From NCBI RefSeq assembly GCF_006345805.1, contig NC_042999.1, forward strand, positions 58,156,001 to 58,220,000: 64,000 nt of DNA, given 5' to 3'. The notes under the pieces were generated by a model. The model made no database searches, was not told the DNA's origin, and worked only from the letters and a program-made list of their open reading frames with translations. The translations under genes and the position numbers were made by a program. This document shows positions 1 through 12,225 of the stretch, piece after piece; the first letter of the stretch is position 1, and each line of letters opens with the position of its first letter. This stretch comes from Octopus sinensis. Taxonomy: Eukaryota.

Positions 1-959
1 ACTAAAATTTTATCTCTATCTGGTTAAGCAAAACGTTCTTCCAACCAAATCTATTATTTTTTCAGATAGTTATTTGCTAAGCATTTTCTCATCGTAGTTT
101 CAACTATATTTCCCTCGTTCTTTTCTACAGGTTTATTTTATTCTATTACATTTCTGTGCAAACTATTTTATGTTTATATAAGTGTAATAGACATTTCTAT
201 ATTTTGACCGCTAATTGCCTAGGTTTATTTATATTTTTAATTTTGTAATTTAATCAGCAAGTCAGTTAAATACCACCGGTTTTGAAATATGAACTCCTAG
301 AGCCTTAACAGGAGCTTGCCATCAATATGATGTTCTAATGATTTGTGGCTTTGACTGAGATGTTTTCTTCTGTTGGGAACCACGTGAAAAACGATAATAC
401 GTGCATCGTACTCTAGTTATCATCTACTAGGTTTACTGATTGATAGATTATTTACACTCTCCTACTAATGTCTTCATTACTTTCTATCACTACGGAATCA
501 ATAAAGATAATATCATTAAAATAATCGTGTCAGTTCAGTTATCTGGGCTCTATGACTTTTAAACTGTTGGGGCCTTAAGCAGTTCGACCTATTACAAGCA
601 TACAATACATATTAGTCTTCAGTTTAGTTATAAGTTCCATTCCCCCCACCCACCAGTTGCAGACCTTCTAAAAAAGGTCGTAGGTACTGACCTTTCTCCT
701 CTGACAAGCCATTAAAAACCTAATACCTATCAACAATAAGATTAATATTTAACGATTGCAAAAGCCTTTCCTATTAAAGCCGTGCATTTTAATCCCTCAA
801 ATTAGGAAGAAAAAAAATTATCTGCGTTCGAAGTTTGGTAAAATATTGAACTGTAATCATTTGTTTGTTGTCCAGGTTTTTATTTATTCATTGCTTAATG
901 GTACAAATACAAATTTGTATAAAAAAAAAGTGAAGGTAATAGTTAAATTCAAAACATCA

Positions 960-1480
960 TACCACAAATGAAATTTTGTTGTCTGTTGACATTGAAAATA
1001 GAGAATGGACTTTGCTGTCATTAATATCTAAACTTGTAAATCAACAGGACTGTTAACGCTTTATTTGAAATAAGATTAACTGCAGGTACTGTCAGCAAGC
1101 CACTACATTCAATTAATATGTTTAGCATGTAGATGGATTTCACTGGAAATGTAACAGATGCATGCATCTGGACACAAGGATGATTTCTGATTTTTCAGGT
1201 CTTGGAATAAGGGCAATTGGCTCACCTCCTTTTGTTCTAGAGATACATTCCATAATATATAGCACTTCCCAAGTTGCAATTGGGTGACAAAACTGTTATT
1301 AACTGGTGCAATTTGCATAGAGACGTTCCTTGGTGATTGGGTAAATAATTTCAATAGACTGATGGAGTTTATACTAATGGTATGGATACTATCGCTGAAC
1401 TTAAAAGTTTTATCCATTTTAAGTTGTAAACACCAGGTCAATATGGCAAGTCTGCTTTGGTAGGTATTAAGTTTGGGTGG
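960..1480 (+). mobile_element. Heavily decayed Merlin/IS1595-like transposase fossil (tentative)
   Basis: Frameshifted peptides KTVINWCNLHRDV (1289-1327), GDWVNNFNRL and GVYTNGMDTIAEL resemble the Merlin TVxDWxNFxREVC...GG...VEIDES region; by-eye only. Confidence 0.4.
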
Positions 1481-1522
1481 GTAATAATATTCATATACAG
1501 TCCATCAAATTACTCTGATACT

Positions 1523-1838
1523 TGTGACGGTGGCACGTGAAAAAATATTTGAGTGAGGTCGTTGCCAGTGCTGCTGGACTGGCTCCTGTGCAGGTGGCAC
1601 GTAAAAACACACTATTTGAGCGTGGCCGTTGCCAGTATCGCCTGACTGGCCCTTGTGCCGGTGGCACGTAAAAGCACCCACTACACTCTCGGAGTGGTTG
1701 GCATTAGGAAGGGCATCCAGCTGTAGAATCTCTGCCAGATCAGATTGGAGTCTGGTGCAGCCATCTGGTTCACCAGTCCTCAGTCAAATCGTCCAAATCA
1801 TGCTAGCATGGAACGCGGACGTTAAACGATGATGATGA
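1523..1838 (+). mobile_element. 5'-truncated RTE LINE 3' UTR copy
   Basis: ggtggcacgtaaaa subrepeats, ggagtggttggcattaggaagggcatccagctgtagaa core and (GAT)n tail; the same tail follows the RTE ORF at 22405-23884. Confidence 0.85.
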
Positions 1839-2189
1839 GGAATAAAAATAAATTGAGAAACTGAAGTGGAATAAATTATTTTCCCATCATATATGAGAGA
1901 ATTTGTATTGAGAAAATGAATGCAAAAGCAAACAAGTGTTCTCTGCATTCTGCAACATGGTTTTCTTTTATCATAAATGTTTTATCTTATCATAAGTTTA
2001 CCTCTATGTTGTAATAATGTTTTTTTTTTCAAATAAAATTTTGAAATGAACAGTTTTTTTTTGTTTTGAAAATTTTGCATTCAGATTTCACTTTCATGAA
2101 ACCCTTTGATTCACATTTATCTTTTGGTTGGCATTGTTGTTTGTTAATGGTTTCGTGTGAGTATATCTTATGAAAGAAATCCAATGAAC

Positions 2190-2625
2190 ATGTACCACAA
2201 AATGAAATTCTGTAGACATTTAAAATGGAGAATGGATATGGCTGTTTATTTGGAATAAGGTGAACCGTATTCTATGAGAAAACCCTCTATGCTGAATAAA
2301 TTATGGTATGCATGTAGAGGAATTTCTGAAATATTTGGCAGCTGATCAAAAGCTGAAAATGTCTTGGCAAAATAGTGACCAGGTAGAATAAATTTAATCA
2401 TTTTGAAAGTGTGCAGATTATTGGATATCAGTCTAAAGACAGCACTTGAAGAACACAGCAGACAAGAGGCTGATATATTACTGAAAGAAAAATTCTGGTT
2501 GATATTTGACGGATGAAGGCAATAAAGAATCCATCAAAACTTTTATCGTGTTTGGTTTATAGTTCTACATTTCAACCAGGAAAACTGTAAACTTTTGGAA
2601 GCAGTTTTTCAAAAATATTCTTTCA
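2190..2625 (+). mobile_element. Second decayed Merlin-like fossil (tentative)
   Basis: Shares ~55 bp with 961-1020 (accacaaa(a)tgaaatt..tgt..gacatt..aaaat.gagaatgga..t.gctgt); encodes ISTRKTVNFWKQFFKNI at 2569-2619. Confidence 0.3.
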
Positions 2626-3588
2626 ATTAGATAGGTTATAAATGTTATGAGATGCATTGTTTTAAAATATTTATGAATCTTGCTGTTTAGCCTCAGGTCA
2701 ACCTTCACAAAGCAAACCTGTGGTCAAAGATATAACACATCCAAGATTTTTCTCAGCACGGTGCACTTAGGAGTATTGCCTTTTCCTTAGGATGGTAGGG
2801 TGTAATTTAAAGGAGATTTTCTTGGCTGTATAGAAACTTGATATAAATCCCCTTGTTGGCTCAGTAGAAACTCACTTGGCTTGATAGGGTCCCTTGTTAT
2901 GTGGTTGTTGCAGGTTGGTCTTCTGATCATTGAGACTTTGATATCCTTCTGATTTTACTTTAGAATCCCACCTTTTATTTCCCTCATTAACCTCAAAACA
3001 TATTCTTCTTTGATTATAGTGCACAAGCACTGTTTTGATATTCTTCATGGTAAAGACATTATTATTGGCTAATAGATTGTGTTTATAATCCTAGACACAA
3101 GGCATTGTTCAAGTCCTTTAATGTTGTCTCACAGCAAAATGTGTCTTAGAGTAAAGCAGTAGTCACATGTCCTTTACTCTGCTGGCCTTAACTGAATTTC
3201 CAAGTTAGGCTACAGTTGTATGCAAAACAGCAAAAGGGAAAAACCTCTTCAATACCAAAAAGGGCAGTCAAATCATGTAATCCTGTAATCTTAGGTTGAG
3301 TCACATGATATTGTCATGCAAATTGTATCTAGCACTACAATAATAAAACAATGATGCTGCAAGTGGTAGGATGAAGATGCTCATTCAATTGTGTAAAGTC
3401 TAAATTAATATTTAATATGTTTTTTTTTTCTATTTTTATCAGATTAATTGTAATACCAGAATATATCTTTTTGTTTTGTAATGTTTTTATTTTCGTTATT
3501 TTCTTCTTTTCATGTTGTAATTAATGCATTATGTTTTCATTGTTTTTATAAACAATGCTTATAAAATATTTTTTACATTAACTTCTAG

Positions 3589-3702
3589 ATGCTCGTTGCT
3601 ATCTTCGTAAATTGCGAGAGGATCAAATCCGAGATGCTGCCATGGTTGTACAGATTTGGGAAGATGTACTCATGAACTATGCTTACAATTTAGGAGATGA
3701 AT
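3589..3702 (+). CDS. EMC2: EMC2 coding exon, first in window (114 nt): (D)ARCYLRKLREDQIRDAAMVVQIWEDVLMNYAYNLGDE
   Basis: ttctag acceptor, gtaaga donor; the peptide aligns by eye to human EMC2 [38 protein letters not shown]; phase 1 at both ends. Confidence 0.93.
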
Positions 3703-3868
3703 GTAAGAAACAAATAATTGTATGCTTTCTCCTCTCATTTTATTCAAGGAACTGACACTCCATCAGTTACAATGATGAGGGTTCCAGTTGATCTGATTAA
3801 CAGAACAGCCTGTCTGTGTAATTATTGTGCAAGTGGTTAAGCACTCTAGACACAAGTGCACGCATACC

Positions 3869-4082
3869 TATTTCTTTACTACCCACAAGGGGCTAAACAC
3901 AGAGGGAACAAACAAGGACAGACACACGGATTAAGTCGATTACATCGACCCCCAATGCATAACTGGTACTTAATTTATCGACCCCGAAAGGATGAAAGGC
4001 AAAGTCGACCTCGGCGGAATTTGAACTCGGAATGTAATGGCAGACGAAATACACCCGACGTGCTAACGTTTCTGCCAGCTCG
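3869..4082 (-). mobile_element. SINE family B (gagctggcagaaacgttagc... head; ...gccccttgtgggtagtaaagaaata tail)
   Basis: Reverse complement of the family seen at 39478, 50469 and about ten other sites. Confidence 0.85.
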
Positions 4083-4339
4083 TAGTCTTCAGGGAGATTT
4101 GGCATGGCATGGAATCTGATAAGGCTGGTCCTTTGAAATACAAGTACTACTCAGATTTGCCAGCTGAGTGGAGTAGAACAACGCGAGGTAAAGTGTCTTG
4201 CTCAAGGACATAACACACCACCAGAAATTGAATTCATGACCTTGTGATTGTGAGCTGAATACCCCTAACCACTAAGTCGCGTGCCCTCATTATTCAAGGA
4301 AAAAACCTTAACCTATGATTGCTTCAATCTAATTTTCCG

Positions 4340-4659
4340 TGCCAGTGGCACGTAAAAGGGCACCATTCGAGCGTGATCGTTACCAATGTTGCCTTACTGG
4401 CACCTGTGCAGGTGGCATGTGTAAAAAGATTTGAGTGAGGTCGTTGCCAGTACCGCCTGACTGGCCCCCGTGCCGGTGGCACATAAAAGCACCCATTACA
4501 CTCTCAGAGTGGTTGGCCTTAGGAAGGGCATCCAGCTGTAGAAACTCTGCCAGATCAAGAGTGAAGCCTGGTGCAGCCATCTGGTTTGCCAGACCTCAGT
4601 CATTCGTCCAACCGATGCTAGTATGGAAAGTGGATGTTAAACAATGATGATGATGATGA
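4340..4659 (+). mobile_element. RTE 3' UTR copy
   Basis: Same core and (GAT)n tail as 1523-1838. Confidence 0.85.
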
Positions 4660-5041
4660 AGTGCTTGAGCTATTTTTAACTGACATAGAATACCACTCTA
4701 TCATGGGAAGCTGTTTTACTTAACTCTGCTCGATTATTCAGTGCCCCTCCCATTCCCATTGTTGATTGTAGCTATGAACTATACTTCCTGTATTGTCTAT
4801 TTACAGCCAAGTGAACTGGACAGGTGAAAGTTTTGCCAGAGATATAATGTTATACTGGGGATGGGTTCTGAGTTGTTGATTATGCTGTCCATAGCTTCAC
4901 ACCCTCATCATACAGCCAACTGCAGCTCTCTGCTTGTTTAACTTTCAATAATTTCTAGTTCCTTATGAATTATTTAATTTTCCACTCCTAATTACTGTTT
5001 TTTTGTTTCTGATTTTCATTATGCTGTTTTCTATGTTCCAG

Positions 5042-5106
5042 TGTGGTTAATATATGAACAAGTGTGCATAGCAGCTTTAGACTGCCAGAGACCTGATCTT
5101 GTTATG
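5042..5106 (+). CDS. EMC2: EMC2 coding exon (65 nt): (L)WLIYEQVCIAALDCQRPDLVM
   Basis: ttccag/gtgagt boundaries; matches EMC2 [22 protein letters not shown]; in frame with the previous exon. Confidence 0.96.
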
Positions 5107-5421
5107 GTGAGTTGGACTTATTTTGCTTGCGTAAAACATAGATATGTTTTTTTTCTTCTCTTGTTCTAAATTGCACTTTTTCACTTCACCTGTATCACTT
5201 CAATGTCTGTTTTTCCATTTATGGCAGCAGTGTATCACCATTTGCCTTGAACTTCTCACTACATTTTCTAATATTTGGTCTTCTTTCTCCACACCTTTTC
5301 ATAATATGCTTTTTCTCTATTTTTTCTCTACCACAAGTACCCTCCACTGATAGCGCACAACACTTTTTCACTCAATACTCATCATATCTTCACATCATAT
5401 ATCCATGCCAGTGTTATCACT

Positions 5422-5462
<41 letters not shown>

Positions 5463-5466
<4 letters not shown>

Positions 5467-5808
5467 TCACCATTGTCATCGTTTAACGTCTGCTTTCCAT
5501 GCTGGCATGTGATGGACAGTTCGACTGGGGTCTGGGAAGCCAGGAGGCTGCACCAGGCTCCAGTCTGATCTGGCAAAGTTTCTACAGCTGGATGCCCTTC
5601 CTAACGCCAACCACTCCAAAAGTGTGGTGGGTGCTTTTTACATGCCACTGGCATGTGGGCTAGTCAGGTAGTACTGGCATTGACCATACTCAAATGGTGC
5701 TTTTTATGTGTCACTGGCACGGGAGCCAATTTGGTGGGACTGGCATTGACCATGCTCAAATGGTGCCTTTTATGTGCCAGTCAGGCAGTACTGGCATTGG
5801 CCATACCA
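5463..5808 (-). mobile_element. RTE 3' UTR copy, antisense
   Basis: catcgtttaacgtc...gatgcccttcctaacgccaaccactcc, next to a (TA)n tract. Confidence 0.85.
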
Positions 5809-5957
5809 AATATATGTATATATGCATATATGCGTGCATTCATGCATATTTATAGCTGGAATTTAGACTGACTTATGTATGTATGTATGGAAGAATGAAA
5901 TTCCAAATCTCTGTAATATTGTGTAATATTTCTTTCACATGTACCTCCTTTTCTCAG

Positions 5958-6043
5958 GTATGTATAGGTGAACTTGAAAATAAATTCCCCAAAAGTCTAC
6001 GAGTGACTCGCTTGAAAGGCATGTTATATGAAGCAGAAGATAG
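5958..6043 (+). CDS. EMC2: EMC2 coding exon (86 nt): VCIGELENKFPKSLRVTRLKGMLYEAED(R)
   Basis: tctcag/gtaagt boundaries; matches [29 protein letters not shown]. Confidence 0.96.
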
Positions 6044-6519
6044 GTAAGTGTTTTCCCTTTCTTTATATTTTTTATTGTTTTTTTTTGTATATATTTTATT
6101 TGTAACATTTTGATTTTGAATTAACATATTAGTGTTAGTGAAGCAGGCCAGACACATCTTCATGGTAATAAAGTTGTTTGGTTAGAAAATTTGTTTCTTA
6201 AGCAGATACACTAACATGTCACCATGTTAGTTTTGGATTTGATTGCATTATTAGTTTAATCCAATTTTTTAAAGCCAAATCTGGTAGCTAGGAACTGTGC
6301 TGAAACCTGTCAGATAGATGTGCCTGCTCTTGAGTCTCTTGTCTATTTTTTAACACTACCACCTGGTCCTTGAGAGATCCTTAACTGGAAACCACTCTAT
6401 TGCAAACATCTGCTTAAGGCCTTCCAATCCAATGGTAGTTTGATATCCTGATGTGCTACTTCCTGCTGCAGCAACACTTGAGTTGAGAGTTTTTCCTTCA
6501 TTGTCTTCCTCTGTGATTA

Positions 6520-7220
6520 GAGCAGATGTGGCTGTGTGTTAAGGACCAGCTTCCCAACCACATGCTTCTGGGTAAAGTTCCACTGTGTGGCACCTTGGGC
6601 AAATGACTTCTGCTATAGTCATATTACTTTACTACCCACAAGGGGCTAAACATAGAGGGGACAAACAAGGACAGACAAAAGGATTAAGTTGATTACATCG
6701 ACCCCAGTGCGTAACTGGTACTTAATTTATTGACTCCGAAAGGATGAAAGGCAAAGTCGACCTCGGCGGAATTTGAACTCTGAACGTAAAGACAGTTCAG
6801 AAATACCGCTAAGTGTTTCGCCCAGTGTGCTAACATTTCTGCCAGCTTGCCGCCTTACTACAGTCATGGCCTGCCAAAACCTTGTGAGTGGGTTTGGTAG
6901 ATGGAGATTGAAAGAAGTCCAGTGTGTGTGTGTGTGTGTGTGTGCATGTATATATATGTATGTGTGTATGTTTGTGTTTCCTTGTCTTGACATTGCTTGT
7001 TAGTTGTAAATTGATTATCAGTCATACAAGCAGTGTCGTATTGTTCATTTCCAATGTTCTGCGAGAACATGTTTGGCCATGGGGAAACATTACCTTGCTT
7101 GGAAAAAGGTGAGGTTTAGCAACAGGAATGGTATCTAGCCATAGAAAACCTACCTCAATAAACTCTTCCTGACCCATGTCATCATGAAAACGTGGATGCT
7201 AAAATGATGATCATGATGTG
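6520..7220 (+). mobile_element. Older tRNA-headed SINE interrupted by an antisense family-B SINE (6624-6856)
   Basis: Head gtggctgtgtg...caaccacatg...gcaccttgggcaa resumes after the insert; candidate TSD ctatagtcat/ctacagtcat. Confidence 0.7.
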
Positions 7221-7777
7221 TCTAAGTTTCTACAAAACATTGTGTACTGCTTTTTTGCATGGCCTTTGACACATCCATCATAAAACAAAACTATAGATGT
7301 AGTAACAAGCAACATGTCAAAAAGGATTATATCAATAGTATATTACAGTGGGTTTTGTCATTGACCATAAAGTGGTTAAGGTTGCCAATATTTTCCCCTC
7401 TCAGCTATATAACCTTAACATTTGTCCCCCACTATTTGATAACCACTTTGCTCTTTGATTCTTGAGTCTACTATGTTGTAAGCACTTGGACCAGGTTTCT
7501 GGTCTTAGGAGGAATTGATATTTTGGTGTGCTACTTCATCCTGCACCTTCTCTTGTGTGGTACCACTGTTTGATTTACTTTAGAGTGCACACGAGAGTTG
7601 TTCTCCAGCAGGAGCCCACCATCAGATGCTACTCAGGCCTGTTCTCATAAGTAACATCTCTGTGAGTGGAACTACCCTATATGCATGTACGCCCACCTGA
7701 GTCCACTGATTTCTAGCTGAGCTACTTAGAGGAATCAAAATAGGGATTAGCAGTAATTCATGAGTTTAACACCAATC

Positions 7778-8308
7778 ATCATCGTCTAATGTCCACTTTC
7801 CATGCTGGCATGGGTTGGACGTTTGACTGAGGGCTAGCAAGCCAGGAGGCTGCACCAGGCTCCAATCTGATCTGGCAAAGTTTCTACAGTTGGATGCCCG
7901 TCCTAAATCCAACCACTCCGAGAGTGTAGTAGGTGCTTTTTACAGGCCATCAGCACAAGGGCCAGTCAGGCAGTACTGGCATTGACCACATTGAATGGTG
8001 CTTTTTACGTGTCACCGGCATGTTACTAGTCAGGCAGCACTGGCATCAACCACGCTCAAATGGTGCTTTTTATGTGCCACCAGCATGAGTACTAATCAGG
8101 CGGTACTGTCATCGGCCACGACAATGACTGCACTTGACTCAACAGGTCTTCACAAGCACAGTTTATTGCCCAATGATTGAAGGATACTCTTAAATGGGCT
8201 GGTTATGCTGCAATGGCATAGGCCACGACTACGGTCTCACTTAGCTTGCTAGGTCTTCTCAAGCACAGCATATCTCCAAAGGTCTCGGTCACTTGTCATT
8301 GCCTCCAT
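7778..8308 (-). mobile_element. RTE LINE 3' end (ORF2 C-terminal remnant plus 3' UTR)
   Basis: The minus strand encodes EAMTSDRDLWRYAVLEKT, homologous to EMTRDRDLWKYAVREKT at ~22940-22990. Confidence 0.85.
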
Positions 8309-8989
8309 TTATCTTAAAAGAGAGATGATCTAAATTCAACATAGTTGTTATTAACTTTATGGGTTAATGACTTGTTGCGTGTATGAATGTGTGTGTGTTT
8401 CTCCTTTTCTCTTACTTCACCAGTCTTAGAGGTCATGCAAAGGTTACTATCTTTCCTCCTTTAATTTACATAAAAAAAAACCCATGTAGTGTAAGAGGTG
8501 ATTGTTGTGTCTACTGTGTGTGTAGTTATATTTTTATTTATCTTCAGAAGCAGTTATAACTGCTTCTAGTTTCCTTACTAGGTGAACTGATTCTTGTAAC
8601 TAACAATTATAGATAACACATTTTGTTGAAATGTCATCAGTTAAATATAAATATATTGGGTCAAATGATTGTCAAATATAGCTTTAATCTTTATTCCTTT
8701 AACTATATTGAATATAGCTTAAATATTTATTTTAGCATTATCTTTTTGTTATAGGTGACCTGATTATTAATTTCTATTACAAGGCCACAAATTGAAATTG
8801 GTGTCTGTGTAGTGGGGGTGGGTGGGTTATAGTTATTAAATCTACTCCAACATTTGAGTGGTACTTTATTTTATTGACACTGTTGTGAGGAAAGGCAGAG
8901 TTGACCATGGCAGGATTTGATCCCAGAATATAAATGGCTGCAATTCAATATCATAAGATAGTGATTTTGCTTATGTATTGTTCATGAGT

Positions 8990-9143
8990 CATTATCATTG
9001 CCATCATCATCATCTTCATCTTCATCATCTTCATCATCTTCATCTTCATCTTCATCATCTTCATCATCTTCATCTTCATCATCATCTTCATCTTCATCAT
9101 CATCATCTTCATCTTCTTCATCATCATCATCTTCATTATCATA
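8990..9143. repeat. Imperfect (CAT)n/(CATCTT)n microsatellite
   Basis: Directly visible; source of the spurious poly-His and poly-MK ORFs. Confidence 0.95.
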
Positions 9144-10099
9144 TGTCTGCTCTTCTATACTGTAATGGGCAAGAGAGGACCTTTTGTGGCAGCGTTTTAC
9201 AGCCAGATGCCCTTGTTGATGCCAATCCTTTTGGTTGCATCTTTTCTAAAAATGGAAAAAATGAAAACGTGGAAGTTGTAAAATGTGGAGCTGTGATTAG
9301 TTGTTCTTGAGGCCCAGATCAACCCTAATTGAGCAGATGTATGATCAAAAGTATTCCAGCTGTGATTGTCCTATATTTTCCCCAGGCATGTAATTTTTTT
9401 TTTATGATGGTAAGGTGGAATTTTATTGCGTTTTGGCTGCTGTTTCTAGTAGGTTAAGTGATTAGAATGTTGCAGGACAGAATCACATGATGGATTCTTC
9501 AAGCTGAGCCCACAAGCAGTAGACCAAATGGTAGAAGAAGATAGTTGAATAATGTTGGTCACACCTAGGAATCCAGCTACAAATTCTAAAGACAGCTGCT
9601 TCTGATGAAACACAAAATGGAGGAGGTGCCTGAGGACTCTATCCCCATGACTCTCCTAGGAATAAGGAGCAGTGAAGATGGATTGATGGCTGGATTATAA
9701 CTGTCCAGACTAATTGCTCATATTTGGATAAATTTGAATTTAAACAACAAGCAAGAAAAAATGGAGATTCTTTCTCTTTTCTTACTTTTTGTTGGTGTTT
9801 AATTCTGGATCAACCTTGGTCAAGCAAACCTATAATAAAAAGCGATGCAGGGATGACCATCCTGCTTCTATGTATATCAAAAATGATATTATCCCATGTG
9901 CCTTTTCTTTTTTCAATTTGAGGGAGATTTGCCTGCTATTTCTAGCAGGTCAAATGACCACAAAGGCACTCCCTTGTTGGTTCAAGGTCTTTTTTACTGC
10001 CAGGTAATAAATACAGTGCACATATTACTAATACAGCACCCAGTCCTCAGTATTAGTAATATATGAAGTTATGGCTCTTCCAACTTTGTTTTATGTGTG

Positions 10100-10471
10100 A
10101 CTAGCACTATGACCCGGCAATGCCGGGTCATAGTGCTAGTGCATGCATATACAGCTACGTGCATGCACACATACACGCGAGTACTGTCCAAATCTCTGAC
10201 CAATCACATACAACTAGCTGGCATTCAATTGGTGTATCAAGTTTCGGACATTTTGATTGGGTTTTGGATAGAAAATTCACAAAAAAGTCACTTCTATTGA
10301 TTTTTTAATGGCTTTGCGGGGTGACTGGGGAAAATGTAAAGATGTGCACGGCCACCCTTAGACAGTTTTGAATGACCATAGAAAGTGCGAGCCCTCTAAC
10401 TGAAAAATTGTGAATTTGTATAAAGGATACACACACACACACAGACATTTTGCCGTTTATATATATATAGA
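10100..10471 (+). mobile_element. Non-autonomous Helitron/Helentron (DINE-1/HINE)-like element
   Basis: Starts with a perfect 20-bp-arm palindrome (actagcactatgacccggca-a-tgccgggtcatagtgctagt); ends (CA)n-gacattttgccgtttatatatatatag, an architecture typical of this group. Confidence 0.55.
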
Positions 10472-10835
10472 GATTATTCAGTTGAGTTTTCCAAATTTCC
10501 TTCTATTTTTCTACATGATTTTTGAATGGGTTGTGTATTTATTGAACCAAAATAGTGTGATGGTCACTCAGGAATGCTTGTGGTCTCTCATTTATTAGTT
10601 TTAGTCATTGGATTGGAATTTTCTAAAGCATAGTTGACTACAACACTGAGCCCAGTATATTGACCTTGAAAGGTTAAGGATATGGTTGGACATGAGAAAG
10701 ATTTGAACTTAGTGAACTTTTGAATGTAGAGGGATGTAACCAAATACCGCAGGGTAGCTTGCTTAACATTCTACCAATTTTGTCATCTGCATATTAAATA
10801 TTTTTTTCTCCAACAAGCTCCTTTCTTCATTCCAG

Positions 10836-10893
10836 GTACGAGAAGGCTCAACAGCTGTATGAACACATTTTAGCTGAAGATGAAACTAATATG
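10836..10893 (+). CDS. EMC2: EMC2 coding exon (58 nt): YEKAQQLYEHILAEDETNM
   Basis: ttccag/gtttgt boundaries; matches the TPR segment YDDAIQLYDRILQEDPTNT. Confidence 0.95.
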
Positions 10894-11527
10894 GTTTGTC
10901 ATTTTTTGCTCTTTTAAACTTTGATATACTTTTTATTCTAAACTGTTTTTTTTAAATATTTAGTTCATGTTGTTGACATCATAAGAATTTAGAAAGGTTG
11001 TTAACTGTTGAGCTGTGAATTGTTGTTGTTCTTGATGTCCTGATCAACCTTAATTGAGTAGATCTATGCTCAAAGTGTCCTATATTCTCCCCAGGCATGT
11101 AATTTATTTTTTATGATGGTAAGGTGGAATTTTATTGAAATTTGGCTGCTATTTCTAGCAAGTTAAGTGATTACAATGTTGCAGGAAAGAATCACATGAT
11201 GGATTCTTTTTAGGAACTGTGAATCTTGAAGCAAATAAAGCTACAAATAATGCTTTAAAATTTCGGCCAAAGCCAGCAATTTCAGGGGAGGGGCAAGTTG
11301 ATTATATCGACCCCAGTACTTGACTGGTACTTGCTTTATCAACCCTGAAAGAATAAAAGGTAAAGTCAGCCATAACAGAATTTGAATTCAGGATGTATTA
11401 GGGTTGAACATTAACAACTAGAAAACTCACAGGGATTGGTTTTGTCAGCCATTTTTTCCCTAGAGAAAATTAACCTTTTCTAACCAAAGGATTTTTTAAA
11501 CCCAATATTTAGACCCTATTAAGGCTG

Positions 11528-11725
11528 TGAGCTGGCAGAAACATTAGCATGCTGGGCGAAATGCTTAGCAGTATTTCATCTGTCTTTGCATTCTGAGCTC
11601 AAATTCCTCCAAGGTCAATTTTGCCTTTCATCCTTTCAGGGTCAATAGATTAAGTATCATTTGCATACAGGGGTTGCTCTAATCGACTGGCCCCCTTCCC
11701 AAAAATTTCGGGCCTTGCACCTTGG
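11528..11725 (+). mobile_element. SINE family B, CpG-depleted copy (a partial antisense copy lies at ~11285-11400)
   Basis: gagctggcagaaacattagcatgctgggcgaaatgcttagcagtatttc... Confidence 0.85.
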
Positions 11726-12225
11726 GTTGAAAAGAACATTTAGACCCCGTTATTTATAGCATTATCTACTTCAAAATTCACTGTTCTTAGAAAGATATAT
11801 TTTATATTGCAATTGGGCATGTGTCTTCTATAGGGTTGGGTTTATCAAAGCCTTGTGAGTGAAATCAGACACACGGAAACTATGCTGAAGCCCAATGAAT
11901 GAACTGTACATGTTTTTGGCCAATAGATTTAATCTGTTACCTGTTTTAACAGACCTTTAATCAAACACAGTCACTTGACTGATATTTTTTTTTATTGTAA
12001 ACATTGTGTATCTAGAAGTACATTATCTAATGTGTCCTTTTTTTAAAATTGCATAGTGTGCTTTGTAGGAGATTAGGCTGCTATTTCTTGTAGGTCAAGC
12101 AACCAATTAGAGTGTCTGGGTAGCAGCAGAATAATTTTGTTGACACCGGCTAGTTCTAGTATTGTAAGATTATGCTTTATTTGTGTTGTTAACATTACGT
12201 GAATTTTTTCTTCTGGTATATACAT

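Noticed and set aside
1109-1441. 110-aa minus-strand ORF as a host gene
   Set aside because: No splice context or recognisable family; the opposite strand better explains the region as a transposase fossil.
2341-2400. AADQKLKMSWQ, a possible EMC2 first exon
   Set aside because: No phase-1 GT donor after TGG CAA and no convincing upstream ATG; the region looks like transposon fossil.
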